From NCBI RefSeq assembly GCF_002571385.2, contig NW_019217830.1, forward strand, positions 212,375 to 276,374: a stretch of 64,000 nucleotides of DNA. Reading direction: 5' to 3'. A model generated the notes under the pieces. That model did not search any database. It saw only the letters and a program-made list of their open reading frames with translations, and was not told the DNA's origin. How positions within the stretch are numbered: the stretch's first letter is position 1; the number at the start of each line of letters is the position of its first letter. Source of the DNA: Stylophora pistillata. Lineage: Eukaryota. Both the position numbers and the translations under genes were made by a program. This document shows, one piece after another, positions 26,106-39,754 of the stretch.

Positions 26106-26777
26106 TCATCGACGCAAAGTTTTTAGCATATATTTGTGGCATTCAAAATGTCCGTTCTCCCAGGCGACGAGGAGAGGAGTTCTACCTTCCTTGTCAACCT
26201 TGTTGACATTTGCTCCTCGCTGAACAAGTAGTTTAATACAGTCTAAACTTCCCTTTGCCGCGGCTTTATGAAGGGCAGTATCACCAGACGAACTTGGTTT
26301 ATTGATGTGCAAGGGCTTCCTATCCAAGAGATCTTTCAGTTCAGAAACAGAGTTCTGCCCCGCAGCATGAAGAATAAGTGCATACGTCGAAAATGTGACA
26401 CGTCTGCAAGTTTGACATTCTGGGCTCTGATCGCTCAGCTGTTCTGTCGCCCGAAGACAAGATTTCACTGGTTTTAATTCAACTGCTCTCCTTTGTCGCG
26501 GAAAAATACTGGGTTCAACTTTGATGGTCCTTCGAAGAGTTTCGTTTGTTTTGTTTCCTGTTTCTTCAATTTTTTGGTGTGCCATGTTGAAGTGCTTGAG
26601 TCGTTGCAGCCAGTCGCTGTGGAACAAAACACTTTCTGAATACGTCCTGCGGAGACCTGTGGCTTCATGGTTAGCTTTATCTGTCTTCCAAAGAGATGCT
26701 ACGCTCCCTTTGAATTTCATAATTCTCAATTTGTTGTCGTCAAAGATCTGAGTCTTGCGTTCGTTCAGCTTCTTCAT
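26106..26777 (-). CDS. Small ankyrin-repeat protein, PP1 regulatory-subunit-like (MYPT/PPP1R16/PPP1R27 architecture), 223 aa
   Basis: Intronless ORF. RRVTF lies immediately before the ankyrin region, with KSCLR upstream; ankyrin repeats GDTALHKAA..LVQRGANVN..EGRTPL. Confidence 0.85.
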   Translation of the reverse strand: MKKLNERKTQIFDDNKLRIMKFKGSVASLWKTDKANHEATGLRRTYSESVLFHSDWLQRLKHFNMAHQKIEETGNKTNETLRRTIKVEPSIFPRQRRAVELKPVKSCLRATEQLSDQSPECQTCRRVTFSTYALILHAAGQNSVSELKDLLDRKPLHINKPSSSGDTALHKAAAKGSLDCIKLLVQRGANVNKVDKEGRTPLLVAWENGHFECHKYMLKTLRR

Positions 26778-28228
26778 CAGAGTTGATCAACCCACTGTTC
26801 TGTTTTTAGTTCGCCCGTGATATTATATTTCTGTTGCCGACTGGTGGCCCACATTTTGTCGTCAGCGTTTTATGGTTTTCCACTCGATAGGTTCCTTTGT
26901 TCCTTCTGGAAAAAACTATGCTTTGTTCAAAGAGCTAATTATTCATCTTTTGTCATGAAAATTATTCTTCATTGTCTTTGTGCATTTTTAACGCACATTC
27001 TTTTTATTGCATTCATCTTAAGGGCCATTTTTGACATGTCTTAATTATGTGAGCTCATTAAAGCGAATTATCATTTGTGACCAATTTGGCACAGAATTGC
27101 GCAACAAATTAAAGAACACGACGACGCAAACACACACACGTAGTTAAGTACTTTAAATAGTCGTTGGCCCACGAAGAAGCCTCGGGAAAAGGCGTTTCAA
27201 GGCAAGTTCACGTCTTGCGCAGGAAGGATGACGAATGCGGGTAACCTCCTTTTCTCTCCACGATCTGGAAGTTGATTCTCAACTGAACACCAAACGTCTT
27301 TTTGTGAGCTGTTCATAAGAGTTTTTAGTTGTGATTAAGAAAATGTCCACTATGTGATAGTTTCTTCAATACTTTTTACCGGTCTTCCTTTATGGAGAAT
27401 GCGGACTCAAATAGTCACTCCATGGGGTCCAAATAACTTTGGTTTTCCATGAAGCAGAAGTGGTTCATAACTGTGTTGTATGACTTCATTGTTCTATGAA
27501 GTCTCACTCAGGAAGAATGCACCAGAACAGGAAGGAAGCTGATTCGTTTAAGACCGAGTGAAATAACAGAGATATAAACACTTCCCGAGTTATGTTATAG
27601 GGTGGGCGAAATAACACATTATGACGAAGGCTCACTGAATTCTTGAAGTCCAGGATTTTGATTCATGAAAAGCTGTCATGAATAACGCTTTTTTTTTTCC
27701 TCAAAGAAGTGCTGATCTTCCGGGTGATTTGAATTTCTATTGACTTTAATACCTTGCCGCCGTGGACGTTCGACGACCAATATATTTGATTGGTAAACTA
27801 TGGGCGAGTAAAAGCGGGAAAACGGCTAAATGATTCACTTGAGAACTTGCGTCAATAGCCTTTCGTCTTCCTGTTCAAATTTTCCTCACAGACCAGTCAT
27901 TATTTCTTGCCGGGGAGGGATGGGGTGTGGAGGTTTTCGAGGGTGACAGAAGGGGGATCATTAGCTGCCAACAGAGTATAAAGGGGGCTACAGAAAATTG
28001 ACTGCAGAGTGACTGCAAAGAATATTACAGTGCCTTATGGGGGATCACGATAAGTAATAACCAGTCCCCTGAATTTAAAACGATTTTAGTCGAATACTAT
28101 GACATAATTTTCGTTCTTTCAAGTGAGTGTCAATTAACCCAGGCGATATTGTATTGGCGATCAGTCAAAGTAATATAGAACCTTAGTTATAGAAAGTGAT
28201 CTGAAGCGACAAATTTACCAACTGTAAA

Positions 28229-28677
28229 GAGTGGGGTCATTTTCGGTTCTGCGGTTTTGGCTATTCTAGTTCAGATCGGTTTTTCGGTTTTTGTGCAGAA
28301 AAACTTCTGTATTTTTGGTTTTGGTGTTCATTGCGGTTTGCGGCCTTTTCCGTTTTTCAGCATTTGGTTTTTCGGTTTTCGTCAAAAATATTAATGGTTC
28401 TCGGATTTGGTATCCGAGGTGGTTTTCGGTTTTTCATATTTTGGGTTCCGGTCTTCCTGTCTTTCTCGGACAGCCGCGAAACCTCTTTTATTGATGCTCC
28501 TCTTGATACTGTATCGGATCGATCAGGGTCTCGATAACTGGAATGTGAAAACTTATTGATTTGAACGGTTTTGCATGCAGTTTTTGGTTCTAATTGAATT
28601 CTGTTGCAGTTTTTGCGGTTTTGGCTAATTTTTCCTACGTAGTTTTGCTGTTTTTAATAGATCCAAATACCACCCTC
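28229..28677. mobile_element. Degenerate non-autonomous DNA element rich in CGGTTTT motifs
   Basis: Many 'cggttt' copies; imperfect terminal inverted match gagtggggtcattt / aaataccaccctc. Confidence 0.5.
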
Positions 28678-30690
28678 GATCCATGATCCGCAAACTAACA
28701 TTCTCAGATTTCTGAGTGTCTTGCGTTAATTTTTTACACCCTTTTTTCTATCACGGTCAACCGTGACTTGTAATTGAATATCTAACGTCATTACTGGCTC
28801 TCTTATGGTATCACCACGACCTGGTTAAAACAACCAGCTAAGCCGAATACCACGAGCGAGTGCGTTTTCAGATGACATCCTCTCTCTTTACGTTAGCAGA
28901 AGTTATTATCTGTGAAGTGTATATATAATAGGCGTTTAAGAAATGTGCGTGGGAACATTTGGGGCATAAGTTTCTTTAACCGCCCAAATAGCGAAACGTT
29001 TGTTATAAGCCGTTTTAAACGGGACTTCATGTTGATTGGAAGCTGAGCCTAAAGGGTGAAAGCAAGAAACTCGTATGTTGGCTCGTAGCCTGGCAGTGCT
29101 ATCAGTTCTATGCATGATGACGGTTACTTTTGTCCGCTCAGCAATTGCAAAACTAGTAACTGCCTTTATTTATTGTGGTGCCAACGTTAGCAAAAGGCTT
29201 ATTTTGGTTTTTATAATAGTTTTAAACTTTGTTTCCAGGTCCAGGGTCTCTTCAGTGGGACTTCAGTGTTTTAAACTGAGACGGAAACCTCTTGGCCCCG
29301 AACTTTTTTCGTGTTCTCCCAACAACGCCTTTCGCCCTTCGTCAGAGCGAATAGAGGAATTTTGGTTGTGTGTGATTTAGTTATAGAGGGAAAGATGGAG
29401 GTGCACTTTTGCCCGTCAGAACTCCGACCTTCAGCGACGCAAGTCTCAGTGGATTCATTTTAACGTGAGAAAGTTGGAAGGGAGCATGCCACACGGGCTG
29501 TATTTTAGGAAGAAATATTTCTGATCTAATTCTCCTACCTAAACGAAGCCTGATTAGGATTTGGGGATATTTGTTTTAGTGTGTGTACCTTCGAAGCAAT
29601 AACTGGCAGCTTAACCTATTCACCGTTTAATCGGGAATGGAATTGAAACAGGATCGGAGTCCTACACCTTAAGCTTGACTAGCACTGCGGACTCTGAGTG
29701 TTAATTTGGGATCCTGTGACCTAGAACGTGTTCATCTTAGATCTCCACTGAGCTTAATGGGATTTACGTCTCAGTGCATGTATGCAGGTCAAGTTTGTTC
29801 AATAATGTTAACTTCGTTGCAAACTTGCCAGTCATTTAAAAGTTAGTAAGATTATCAGAACTTTTTATACGTTATTTGATAAATGTCGTTAGTTGTACTC
29901 TGGTCCTTGCCAGGGCCTACCAAAGCTGAGTAATTTCGTGGGCTATACGACGTTTCACAGTTTTTCGAAGTGGAGATAAATTTCTTTAGCGCTTGAGCCT
30001 TTGATTACGGTGGATAAATGCCTAAATTTTACCACAAAGAGGAAGGTGAAGCCATTTTCTTGATCTCATCAGCGTCAGCATAAAAGAACAAGAATCTGAC
30101 GTAAGAAATAATACATACAGCATTTTTAAACGTTGAAAAACAAAGAAAAGCAAATGTGGACGTGATCATACTTTCTATAACAGAGGGCTTGACGCAAAAG
30201 CGATTATCTGACTTTTGTTCAGGGTTTCTAAAAAGCGCTTAAACTCGTCTATACGCTTTAATTCATCGTATTCGTTGCACGCTTATTCCACTTTAATCAC
30301 AATATAAGTCCGTACTCGGGGCAGCAACTAAAATATATTGGGATACGTTTACTTTGTCAGATTTTAACGAACACCAGACGGTAAGGGCTAGGAAAAACAA
30401 GTGAAAACCACCATGGAAACCACTTTTGTCGAGTGAATGACAAAAGAAATATCACTTTGCCCATTCTTTAGCAAACAGTGAGGTAATGATCACTTCAACA
30501 AATTAACAGTTCTTTAAAAGTTCTCAACTTGCATCTTTCAGAAACCATAAAATGACGTATTCTTTTTCTACAGCTTTGTCTTCAATTAAACCAATCAAAT
30601 GAGTTCTCAAGAAATTCTCGTGTGAATTTTTTAGGCAAAGAGAGAAAACAGAAGCAATTTGGTGAAGCATAGCTCTAAAAATATTCAATT

Positions 30691-31173
30691 ATGCCCTTGT
30701 CTAGACGGCTTAGCAGATCAGAAATGTCTCTAATTTTCAAGCCCGAAATTGAAAGAAGATCCTATGAGAGGCCTAAAGTGGAACAAGACTTGGCTATCAG
30801 CAAACGTTCACCGAGCAAATCGGATCCACCGACAATTCATATCGAAGATCATGATGAACCTGTAACAGACAGTGATCTAGACGGATTGCCGAGAATTCAC
30901 AGAGCGGTTTCCGATGGAAATTTGGTCTGGCTAAAAGAACTGGTCGAAATTGGAGGAGAGGATGTAAATGCGCTGGATCAAGAAGGATGGCCTCCACTGT
31001 ACACTGCCATCAAGAAGGGAAAACTCGAGTGTGCAGCGTACCTGTTGAAGAAGGGCGCCACAGATTTTTACGACAGACAACATGCCGAGTACCAGAAAAG
31101 ACTGGTCGCCGTTTCGAATGACTTTGCGAGAAACAAGGCCAACTCCAGTTACGTAGCGACTTATTGGCGATAA
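30691..31173 (+). CDS. Small two-ankyrin-repeat protein, 160 aa, ending YWR
   Basis: Intronless ORF: IHRAVSDGNLVWLKELV..DVNALDQEGWPPLYTAI..G.LECAAYLL..GA; clear paralogue of 50404-50841. Confidence 0.88.
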   Translation: MPLSRRLSRSEMSLIFKPEIERRSYERPKVEQDLAISKRSPSKSDPPTIHIEDHDEPVTDSDLDGLPRIHRAVSDGNLVWLKELVEIGGEDVNALDQEGWPPLYTAIKKGKLECAAYLLKKGATDFYDRQHAEYQKRLVAVSNDFARNKANSSYVATYWR

Positions 31174-32544
31174 ACGTTGCAAACTATTTTTCCTAGTTAT
31201 AAACAGTATGCATCGTTTGATCCAGTTCAAAAGAGATAGAGCTGTAAGGTAATATAAAGTAGGATTCGAGGATCGAGTTGTTTTTGATTTATATTTTGGT
31301 AAATTGACTTTTTGATTTCTCAGGACCATCGAAAACTCCCGACTCGTTTTGCTAAGAGTGAAATATCGCTTTAATACTTTCTGGTGTATATATTACTGTT
31401 ATTTCTCAGTGGAGGCATTGTTTACTCTCTGTCAATGAGGTTTTCAGGGTTAAATTATCCTTGTATTGTTTCTGTTGTATATCCAAGTTCTGAATTAAAA
31501 GCAACAACTGCGAAAGACATCGCACAAATTTCATGCATTTGAAACTTTGCATGTTAGCTGTGTGTTTACAGCAGGTAAACTCCACAAAATTGGATTTACC
31601 GGAGCAGGTGGCAAACACTGCAAAACATGTTTCAAAGATCGTAAGCGAATGCACGTTATTACACTCATCGTATAAGTAATAACCTTAACTGGAAGTGCCA
31701 TACGTAAGTTTGTATCAAAATATGTTAGGTAACTCTAACTTACAACTCCAGTTTTTTTCTTTTTTTTGTATGAGAAGTTGTTGATTGTTATTTATCACTT
31801 TTACAGTTAATGCGTCTGTTTATTTACAATCAAATGCAAATAGAAAACATTTATGTACAAGGGAACATTAACTGTCTATCACTTATGGCAGCTATTATTC
31901 GTCAGTCAGTTCAGACCTAAGCTACATATTCCCTTGAGTGTGGTGAAAGTAATTAAGCCAGCTTCTAGATCACAGCAGATATCTGGCGAAATAGAAGCGG
32001 TGTGATCGTGTACGGTTGTATGTAAATACCTCAATAAGAATGACACGTTACATCCGCACAGTGTAAACACTAATCAATGAGTCAGCGATAATCATGACTC
32101 AAGGCCTTCTCGGCCAATAAACACCGAGTGGGGCAGCAACCCAGCAGCTCTGGACAAGCTGTTTCATTAGCGCGTTGTATAAAACAAGAGCGTCACGGCA
32201 TATCGAATGATATTATCAATAAAAATTGTTTTGTTCTTAGTAGGATAGACCGATTTCCCTTTATATTAACATTAATCCTGGATTTGAACCCTAAAGCTTC
32301 GCTCAAAGATTAAATGAATGTAGACTTTTACTTTGAGAATGCAAGCAAAAAAAAATACCTCGGTTTTGATTGTCTACACAAGCCGGGGCAAGAAAAGGTC
32401 TGCCTTTTCACTCGTGATTGCCAACTTTGGATTTCCCGCTACGGATTGCGCGCTCGAGATTGCCATCTTTCTTGTACACTTTTTGGCTTTCTTATGTAAT
32501 CTCTAGGCCTTCAAAAATACTTTATTTACAAAACTTATTCATTC

Positions 32545-33700
32545 AATGGTATTCAAGGCCAAACCTTATTATGGATAAAGGGTTTCTTAAGCAACCTCTC
32601 CCAAAGTGTCAGTGTAAACGGCGTACACTCTACCCCTTGCAAGGTTATTTCAGGTGTTCCACAAGGGTCTGTCTTAGGCCCCACGCTTTTCTTGATGTAC
32701 ATAAATGACATCGTAAGTGACATCAAGTCAAATATTAGTCTCTTTGCTGGCGACACCATTATGTACCGACAGGTTGTATCGCCTGCGGATCATCTTATCC
32801 TTCAACAAGACCTTGACAGACTAACTTCATGGGCCTGTCATTGGCAGATGGAGTTTAATGTTAAGAAATGCTACCACATTTCCTTGACCAACAAGCGAAC
32901 CGTTGTCATACTACCATATTGCATGCATAGTCAGGTCTTGGAACTTATAACTTCCTATGATTATCTGGGTGTTAGATTAACGAGCAAGCTAAATTGTTGG
33001 AAAGAACATTGTGACAAAACTTCCAACAAAGCCAATAGAGCTCTCGGGCTGGTCAAACGGACTTTACAACCGTGTACGTCTGAAGTCAAGGAAAGAGCCT
33101 ACAAAAAGCAATTATTCGACCTTAACTAGAATATGCAAGCGCTGCCTGGAATCCACACACACAATCAAGGACACTGAAACTATCGAAAAAGTCCAGCGAC
33201 GGGCTGCTCATTTCGTCGCGCACAATTACAAGAGATCTACAAACTCACGAGATCTTGTAAATCAACTTGGTTGGGACTCCTTGGAATCCAGACGTTTGCT
33301 GGCCCAAGTGACTCTTTTTTATAAAATCAAAAACAATCTCATAGATCTTGATTTCCCAGCTTCTATCCAACCAGCTCCTAGACCAAGGATCCAACATGCC
33401 ATGCTCCAGCCCCACTCCTAGACCAAGGATCCAACATGCCATGCTCCAGCCCCACTCAAGTGTTTTGGCGCGCAGTTATTCTCCGTTTATACGAACTGTT
33501 CGGGTATGGAATAAACTGTCAACTCAAACAGCCCAAGCTGAGAACATTACTTCTTTTAAATCATTAGCCATACGGGAACATTCAGAACATGAAGACCCCG
33601 AACCACCTGAAAAGATTTTGAACTATTTACATTTATTGTTTCTTTTAGACTTTACATATTTATTGCAGATTATTAGCACTATTAATAAGTTATTCTATAT
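32545..33700 (+). mobile_element. 5'-truncated CR1-group LINE (RT C-terminal half), degenerate
   Basis: SGVPQGSVLGPTLFLMYIND..LFAGDT (catalytic FADD changed to FAGD), W..EFN..KC, YLGV, IEKVQRRAA; frameshifts and a roughly 40-bp internal tandem duplication (33371-33457). Confidence 0.92.
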
Positions 33701-33735
33701 CTCCCAGCGTTAGCCCAGCTATTTGGGAGTATAAG

Positions 33736-33886
33736 TTTCAAGTTCCAAGTTCCACGTTCCAAGTTCCACGTTCCACGTTCCACGTTCCACGTTCCACGTT
33801 CCAAGTTCCACGTTCCAAGTTCCACGTTCCAAGTTCCAAGTTCCAAGTTCCAAGTTCCAAGTTCCAAGTTCCAAGTTCCAAGTTCA
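33736..33886. repeat. 7-bp satellite (GTTCCAA/GTTCCAC)n
   Basis: About 21 tandem copies read directly. Confidence 0.95.
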
Positions 33887-35744
33887 AGAATTTCGGATAT
33901 TGGCTTCCTTATAAGTATGCGTTTTTTGAACCTTGACCCTCGGGCTTTCCTTGATCCATAGTCATTCTGAAGTTCACCTCCAAGAAGTGATTAACATGTA
34001 ACTTCTCCATATAATATCTATACATTATCCAGGAAACAGGTAATGAGAATACTCAAACTTGTCAGATAGAAGTTTTTATCTTAATCTAACAGCAAATTCT
34101 TGTAATTAACTTAGAAGGAAATACTGTAGCAGCTGGATGGGAGAATTTACATTCAGATCAACGCAAACAAGACCTTTTGTCTGGTATCCAACCATTTAAT
34201 GGAACAAGCTTGGTCAATATTGACTACGTGTTTGAACATACAAACGAAATTCTTGGATTGAAATGCCGCGAAGAAGAGGAAAAAGCACGATATCAAAAAT
34301 GGTTTATCACAGAATTGAAAAAATTTAGGCAGAATACATAAGAAGCGACTTGATTGTTTCAGTCGCCGGCTGTGGGTGAGCAAAATACGTAACAATATAG
34401 CTGATATATAATTGATTAATTTTGTTATCTTTTGCGTCTTCCATGAAAGCAACTTCAACATAACACTTGACATTTTTTAGCGCACAAAAACAGCTTAATT
34501 ATTTTCGATCCTTGCACTCACAAGACGTGATAGAGCGCATGACCAAATCAAAGCAGTGGTAAAGTCCCAATATGTCCAGCAGTTATAAAGTCCCAATATG
34601 TCTATGAGGGTCTTTCGAATACTTCATAACATCTTCATAACAGAATGTCTTCCACTTGAAAATGTCTTCGTGTCGTGAAAAACAAGGCCAAAATATGCCA
34701 ACGGATCACCAGGTTCGAATAAGACGAAATACAAAGTTTAATTCGTTTTAACGGATTCTTTTCTAGTGGAAAGTTTCTTCGCTGCATGTCAAACAAAAGA
34801 AAATCATTAACACGATAACTAAAAATGTTTTCACATACTTTATCAATGAGACTACTCGTTGCCTTGGAAACTCCAAACTTGTTTGTGTCAACTTCATATC
34901 GGTGTGATAGGGTCACTCAAGGATTGGCAATAAATCACTGTGTTGTATTGTCTATTTTGTATCCTTACAAATTTAACAGTCTAGCCCGTGTTGATTTTTC
35001 ATAAAATTGTCAGCCACTTTAGTCTGATCGACCTAGGTCTCAGCAAAGATTCTAGTTCCGGTCCGGAAAGTGCGCCGAGCGATCCGTAGCTTTTCTGCCG
35101 AACTCTTTAATCTAAACGGTGAACAATATTTCAAATGCAGAACGGATCCTCTCGCAACAAATCATGCTGGGTCAGATTCCGACCTCAGGACATGAAAAGA
35201 TGCCATGATAATTTAAAAGAAAAATAAAAAAACCTCGGCAAAAATGATACTTTCAATACACGATTAAGAGTATGGAAGCCAAACACAGATTAGGATGCGT
35301 TCGTGCGGTTTTCGCTCACGAAAGAAAATGAAAACAAAGCAATCTAAAGAGAGAAGAACAAGTTCCATCCTCAGAACTCGGTACACAATTCTCAAGGATA
35401 ATATCAGAATGTTTTCCAAAATAAAACGCTTCCGGTTTGTGCATTATCGCATCGCAGACAATATCGGAGGGGTTGATACAGAAACCGAGCTGCGTTTGAG
35501 CAAATTTTCCATCTTCATCTTATTCAGAGCAAGTTTGCTTTCAAGGATAATCTTGTGAACTGCCATCCTCCTTTGCGAGCTCACATCCTACTTTAGTGAG
35601 TTTAAAATTAGTGTGGAGGGTCTATTTATTCGTCGTCTATCTCAAGTTGACGCCAATTCTTGACAGGGGACATATAGACGCTGTGATGGAACTATTGAGA
35701 TGAAACTTTCGAGAGGAGTATTGCTTTAATTTTACAATAGAGAG

Positions 35745-38739
35745 ATGAATCTTACAGTGTTGAAATTGGCTGTTTCTGCCGGTTCCTTCATCATGTGTCT
35801 TTCCTTAATTTTCACTGATGTGTGCCTTTTGGGTCGACAAAATTGTTTTCCGAGCGAAAAGAGCTTCCAGAAAAAGCTTCTTGGCTCATTGGAGCGACTG
35901 TCTTTTCTGGAGTCAGGCGGAACCCTCGATCTTGACGAAAAGATATTTGACATGCCAAAAGGACTAAACCACCACGTTTGGGAATACAACTGTTTGAAGA
36001 GCATTGAAGCACTCTGTAATTTTCCAGTCTTTCCCAAAGCACCGGATAAAAGAGGAATAATATCACGAACAGAGATCACTACTGTGAGCCGTCGCCGCGT
36101 AGATGGCCATCGTTTACTTGGGTATTTGGTTCCAAATTTTTCAGGCGAATATCTCTTCGCGGTGACATCGAATGGCTTTGCTGAAGTCTGGCTGAGCTCT
36201 GATAAAGCCTGGAGGTCGGCAAACCAGATTGCTTACATCAGGCAAACTGATTTAAAATCTACAATCAAAAGGTGGGACTTTGAGGCCGTAAAATCTCAGA
36301 TTTCCGCTGGAGTTTATTTAGAGGCAAGAAAACGATATTTCATTGAGATTGTCTACTCTCTTGGAGTGCGAAAAAGAGGCGAGAACTTTCTGCAAGTCGC
36401 CTGGAAACGACCAGGGAAATCCACGTTTGAGATTATTGAGAGCGAATCACTTTCGCCGTATACAAATGACAGTGAGAAGGACAAGTACAAAATCTATGAC
36501 GATCATTTACCTAAAGCTCACTATTGTGCAAAATATCAGAGAAGCTTCGCAAACAAATATATGAGGTCAGAGCCATATCCTAGCTTAGACAATTCCGCGG
36601 TTAGTAGTGCCTTACCATTTTGTGACTACAATCCCAGCTACGTTCTCAATCCCACTCAATTAAATGGGTTTGAAAAATACCATGGTGTAAAAAAACATAT
36701 TCGTAAAACGTACGGTTACCCATATCCAAATGTTGACGGCATTATCAGAAGTCACACGGCCCATACCGTGTTTTTGGCTGAGGATCCATTAGAAGAAGAG
36801 GAAGCATGGTCTGTGGTTGAGACGTACATGGAAGCTGTGGAAAAAAGCTATCCTGGGTAAGAATTTGAAATTTTTAAAAATGGGAAATTAGCCTTTTCCG
36901 CAGTTGTTGACTATTCGTGGATTGCCATTTGTCAATCCTTGATAATTGATCATTCCTAGCTGTCGTTGTTCGTTTATTTGTTCTCTCGTCTTTTCGTTGC
37001 TCGTCCGTTCGTTTTTCTGTTGCTCGTTCGTTCGTTTAGTTATTTCTTTTTTCTTTAGTTAGTTCCGTAACCCGTTCATTCTTAGCATCGTTGGTCGTCG
37101 GGGTTGTTCGTTCGGCTAGTCGTTCATTCCTTAGGTTGTTCGTTTAGTCGTTCGTTCGATCCGACGTTCGCAGCTTGGGTCGGAAGCTAAGAATACCTCT
37201 TCGAGTTCTGGCAAATCGTGTTAAGAGAGACTGATAATAATGATGAAGGCAAAATATAGCAATAAGTGGAAACAAATTTAATGTTGTATATTAATTACTG
37301 TTAGGCTCAGTGAGGTCTGGTTGATCTTCGCAGTCTGAAGTGGAGAGCTTTGTGTAAATCCATCATCCACATTTATGAAGTAAAACATTATCTCAACAGG
37401 AAATACGAACTTGAGGATATCATTCGCGTTGAAAAAAAGGAGGATCTTATAAAAGGAAACAGATATCTTCTGGAGCTTGCTGTGAAAGATCTCACCAACT
37501 TTGACGGCTATATTTTAGCGGAGTATGTATTTGAACCGAAGGATAAAAATGAACCATTGTGTTATCCCAGAGGTCTACAATGGAATAGAACAGCGGATGT
37601 CTACCTGATTCTCACGGTCAAAAACCTGGGTCGGTGGGTTCATCATTTTATCAAGAACGTGGAAGAAATTATACGAGATACGAAAGATGAACATTTACAC
37701 GTGGTTATATTTGACTTCGATAGCCCAGATATTGACTTAGAGCATACTTTGAGAAGAAGCAATCTGAAGAACTATCATTATATCTCAAAGCCTGGTAATT
37801 ATTCGCGCACAGTTTCCTTAATGGAAGGTATACAGTTAATAGATGATCCTGAGGCCATTGTAGTAACCATTGACTTACATCTCGATATCGGTAGTCAGAT
37901 GATTAACGACATACGTAAGGTAAGGATGAAGAGTTCTTTTAAACTAACCGTTGCAAATCAGTTACAACACCACAGCCAATCAGAAAAAAGGTCGCACGAC
38001 CCTTGGGACTGAGTAGAACTCAAAATGAGAAATTTAAGTCGTAAATTTTTCGGGGGAATCATATGGGTTTTAGGGTTAACAGAGGTGGGATCAGTCGTCG
38101 TCAACAGAATATTAAGCGGAGGAAGGGGGGAACTAAGGAAAAAATTGACTGCCAGTTAACTGCCAATAAAAGAAGATCATAAAAATTTTATTGAGCCATA
38201 TGGGGGGATCGTGACACAATCAGCAAACTCCAACCCCTCTCCCCCTCACCCCTTATTCCACGACGGTTAATAATGACCAGTCACTAAGTCGTGTCGAGAA
38301 GATTAATAGCTTTGCCAAGTTGGCTTATGGGTAACCAATAAAGTTTTTTCACCTTGCATGCTGGCATTTGAGTTCTTGTCCCGGTCTCCTTGACATAATC
38401 TAAAAAGGAAGTTTTAATACTTTTTTACGTTATTTTCAGCATTGTATTAAAGGAAGGACCGTCTATGCTCCCCAAATCATCTTTCTAAATTGTGGTGGAA
38501 GCAGTGCTCTTCCCAGAGGCTCATGGTACCATTACAGTTATGGAACAGTTGCTATGTATAAAGAGGACTGGGAAACATTTGGAGGCTTTTCACAAGGTTT
38601 TGTCAACAAAACCACCTGGGGAGGGGAGGACTGGGACATAATCGACGGCGCAGTCAAGAATGGCCTTGAAGTAGAAAGGAAACGATCACCGTTGGTCTAT
38701 CATTATTACCACACTAAAAATGGAATGTGGCAATTGTAG
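35745..38739 (+). CDS. Beta-1,4-N-acetylgalactosaminyltransferase 3/4-like (PA14 plus GT7/CHGN domain), copy A, about 643 aa
   Basis: Exons 35745-36856, 37400-37919, 38440-38739. N-terminal TM; PA14 motifs (RLLGYL.P..SGEY.F, EVWLS, SQIS, YFIE, QVAW.RP); catalytic KNLGRWV.HFI, DLH, YSYG, WGGEDWD, HYYH. Confidence 0.9.
36960..37170. repeat. Degenerate (TTCG/TCGT)n microsatellite in intron
   Basis: Direct reading. Confidence 0.7.
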
Positions 38740-39068
38740 GAATTAGTTAGTTATTGACAAAGCTTGACGCCATGGGAACGAGGAACGAGGTTTATTATCC
38801 AGCTAGCCTCAAACCAGTCTGCCGCCACCTCAACTGACAGGAGGAGACTGGTGGAAAGGGTTGGGGAAACGAACTCGTGCGTGGTGCGTGATTGTCAGAA
38901 ACCCCAGCTTCTGCTCCTCGCAATTGTAAATATGCACAGTGCTCGTCAATAAGCTTGATTTTTAAAAAAGCGAGAACTGAATCATTTTCTTAGTATGGTT
39001 TTTAACTTGTACAGTTGGTCTGATGAATATAGCTGAGCATATTAGAGAGAGACATCCTTGATCGCCAC

Positions 39069-39437
39069 TAGGGACCTTAAGAAACCACGACGGCGACGGC
39101 AACGAGGACGTGGAAAAACAAGAGATCTAATTGGCAGAACAATAGCTCAGCACGTGCGTTTTGAAACTTTGTACATTTCTTAGCCGTCCTATGCAAAACA
39201 ACAACGTGAATTCGCCAAAATTTGCGTCGCCTGGGAACCGAAACCGCGACGGCAAATTATTTTAATTTCCATTTGGAACTCAAAGGCTACTTTATACGTC
39301 ATGCTGAAGTTGAGCTGTGGCGCTGTATGAGACAGTAAGCTCCTGCAGCCATTTTAAAAATTCTGACTAAGAGTAGAAATTCATTTTTTAATCGAAGTCT
39401 TCCTTGGCGTCGCCGTCGTGGTTCCTTAAGGTCCCTA
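39069..39437. mobile_element. MITE with about 30-bp TIRs and TA flanks
   Basis: tagggaccttaagaaaccacgacggcgacg ... cgtcgccgtcgtggttccttaaggtcccta. Confidence 0.88.
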
Positions 39438-39521
39438 CTTTTGCTTGGTTTCAGGCAGAAAAATTGATATTTGTGCTGCCTGGGTAGCACAAGAAAAATA
39501 AAAACCCCAGACATTAATCAT

Positions 39522-39754
39522 CAGGGCCGGGTTGTTCAAAGCTGTGTTAAGATAACCCAGGGTTTTCTTTCAGATCTGAAAGCTCTGAAAGAAAATTCAG
39601 CTTAATTCCATTTGTCTACTATTTGATGATTGAATGTCCAAAAAAGAACTAGGGAAATTATCCCAAAATGGCTTTTGATTAGAGAAATTTAGAAACCTGG
39701 ATTAAAATTTAACCCTGGGTTAGAGCTAATCGGCCTTTGAACAACTGGGCCCAG
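39522..39754. mobile_element. Harbinger-type MITE with CAG target duplication
   Basis: cag|ggccgggttgttcaaag ... ctttgaacaactgggcc|cag. Confidence 0.8.

Noticed and set aside
33371-33886. CRISPR-like or prokaryotic repeat array
   Set aside because: Tandem repeats without unique spacers in a eukaryotic context; no cas genes.
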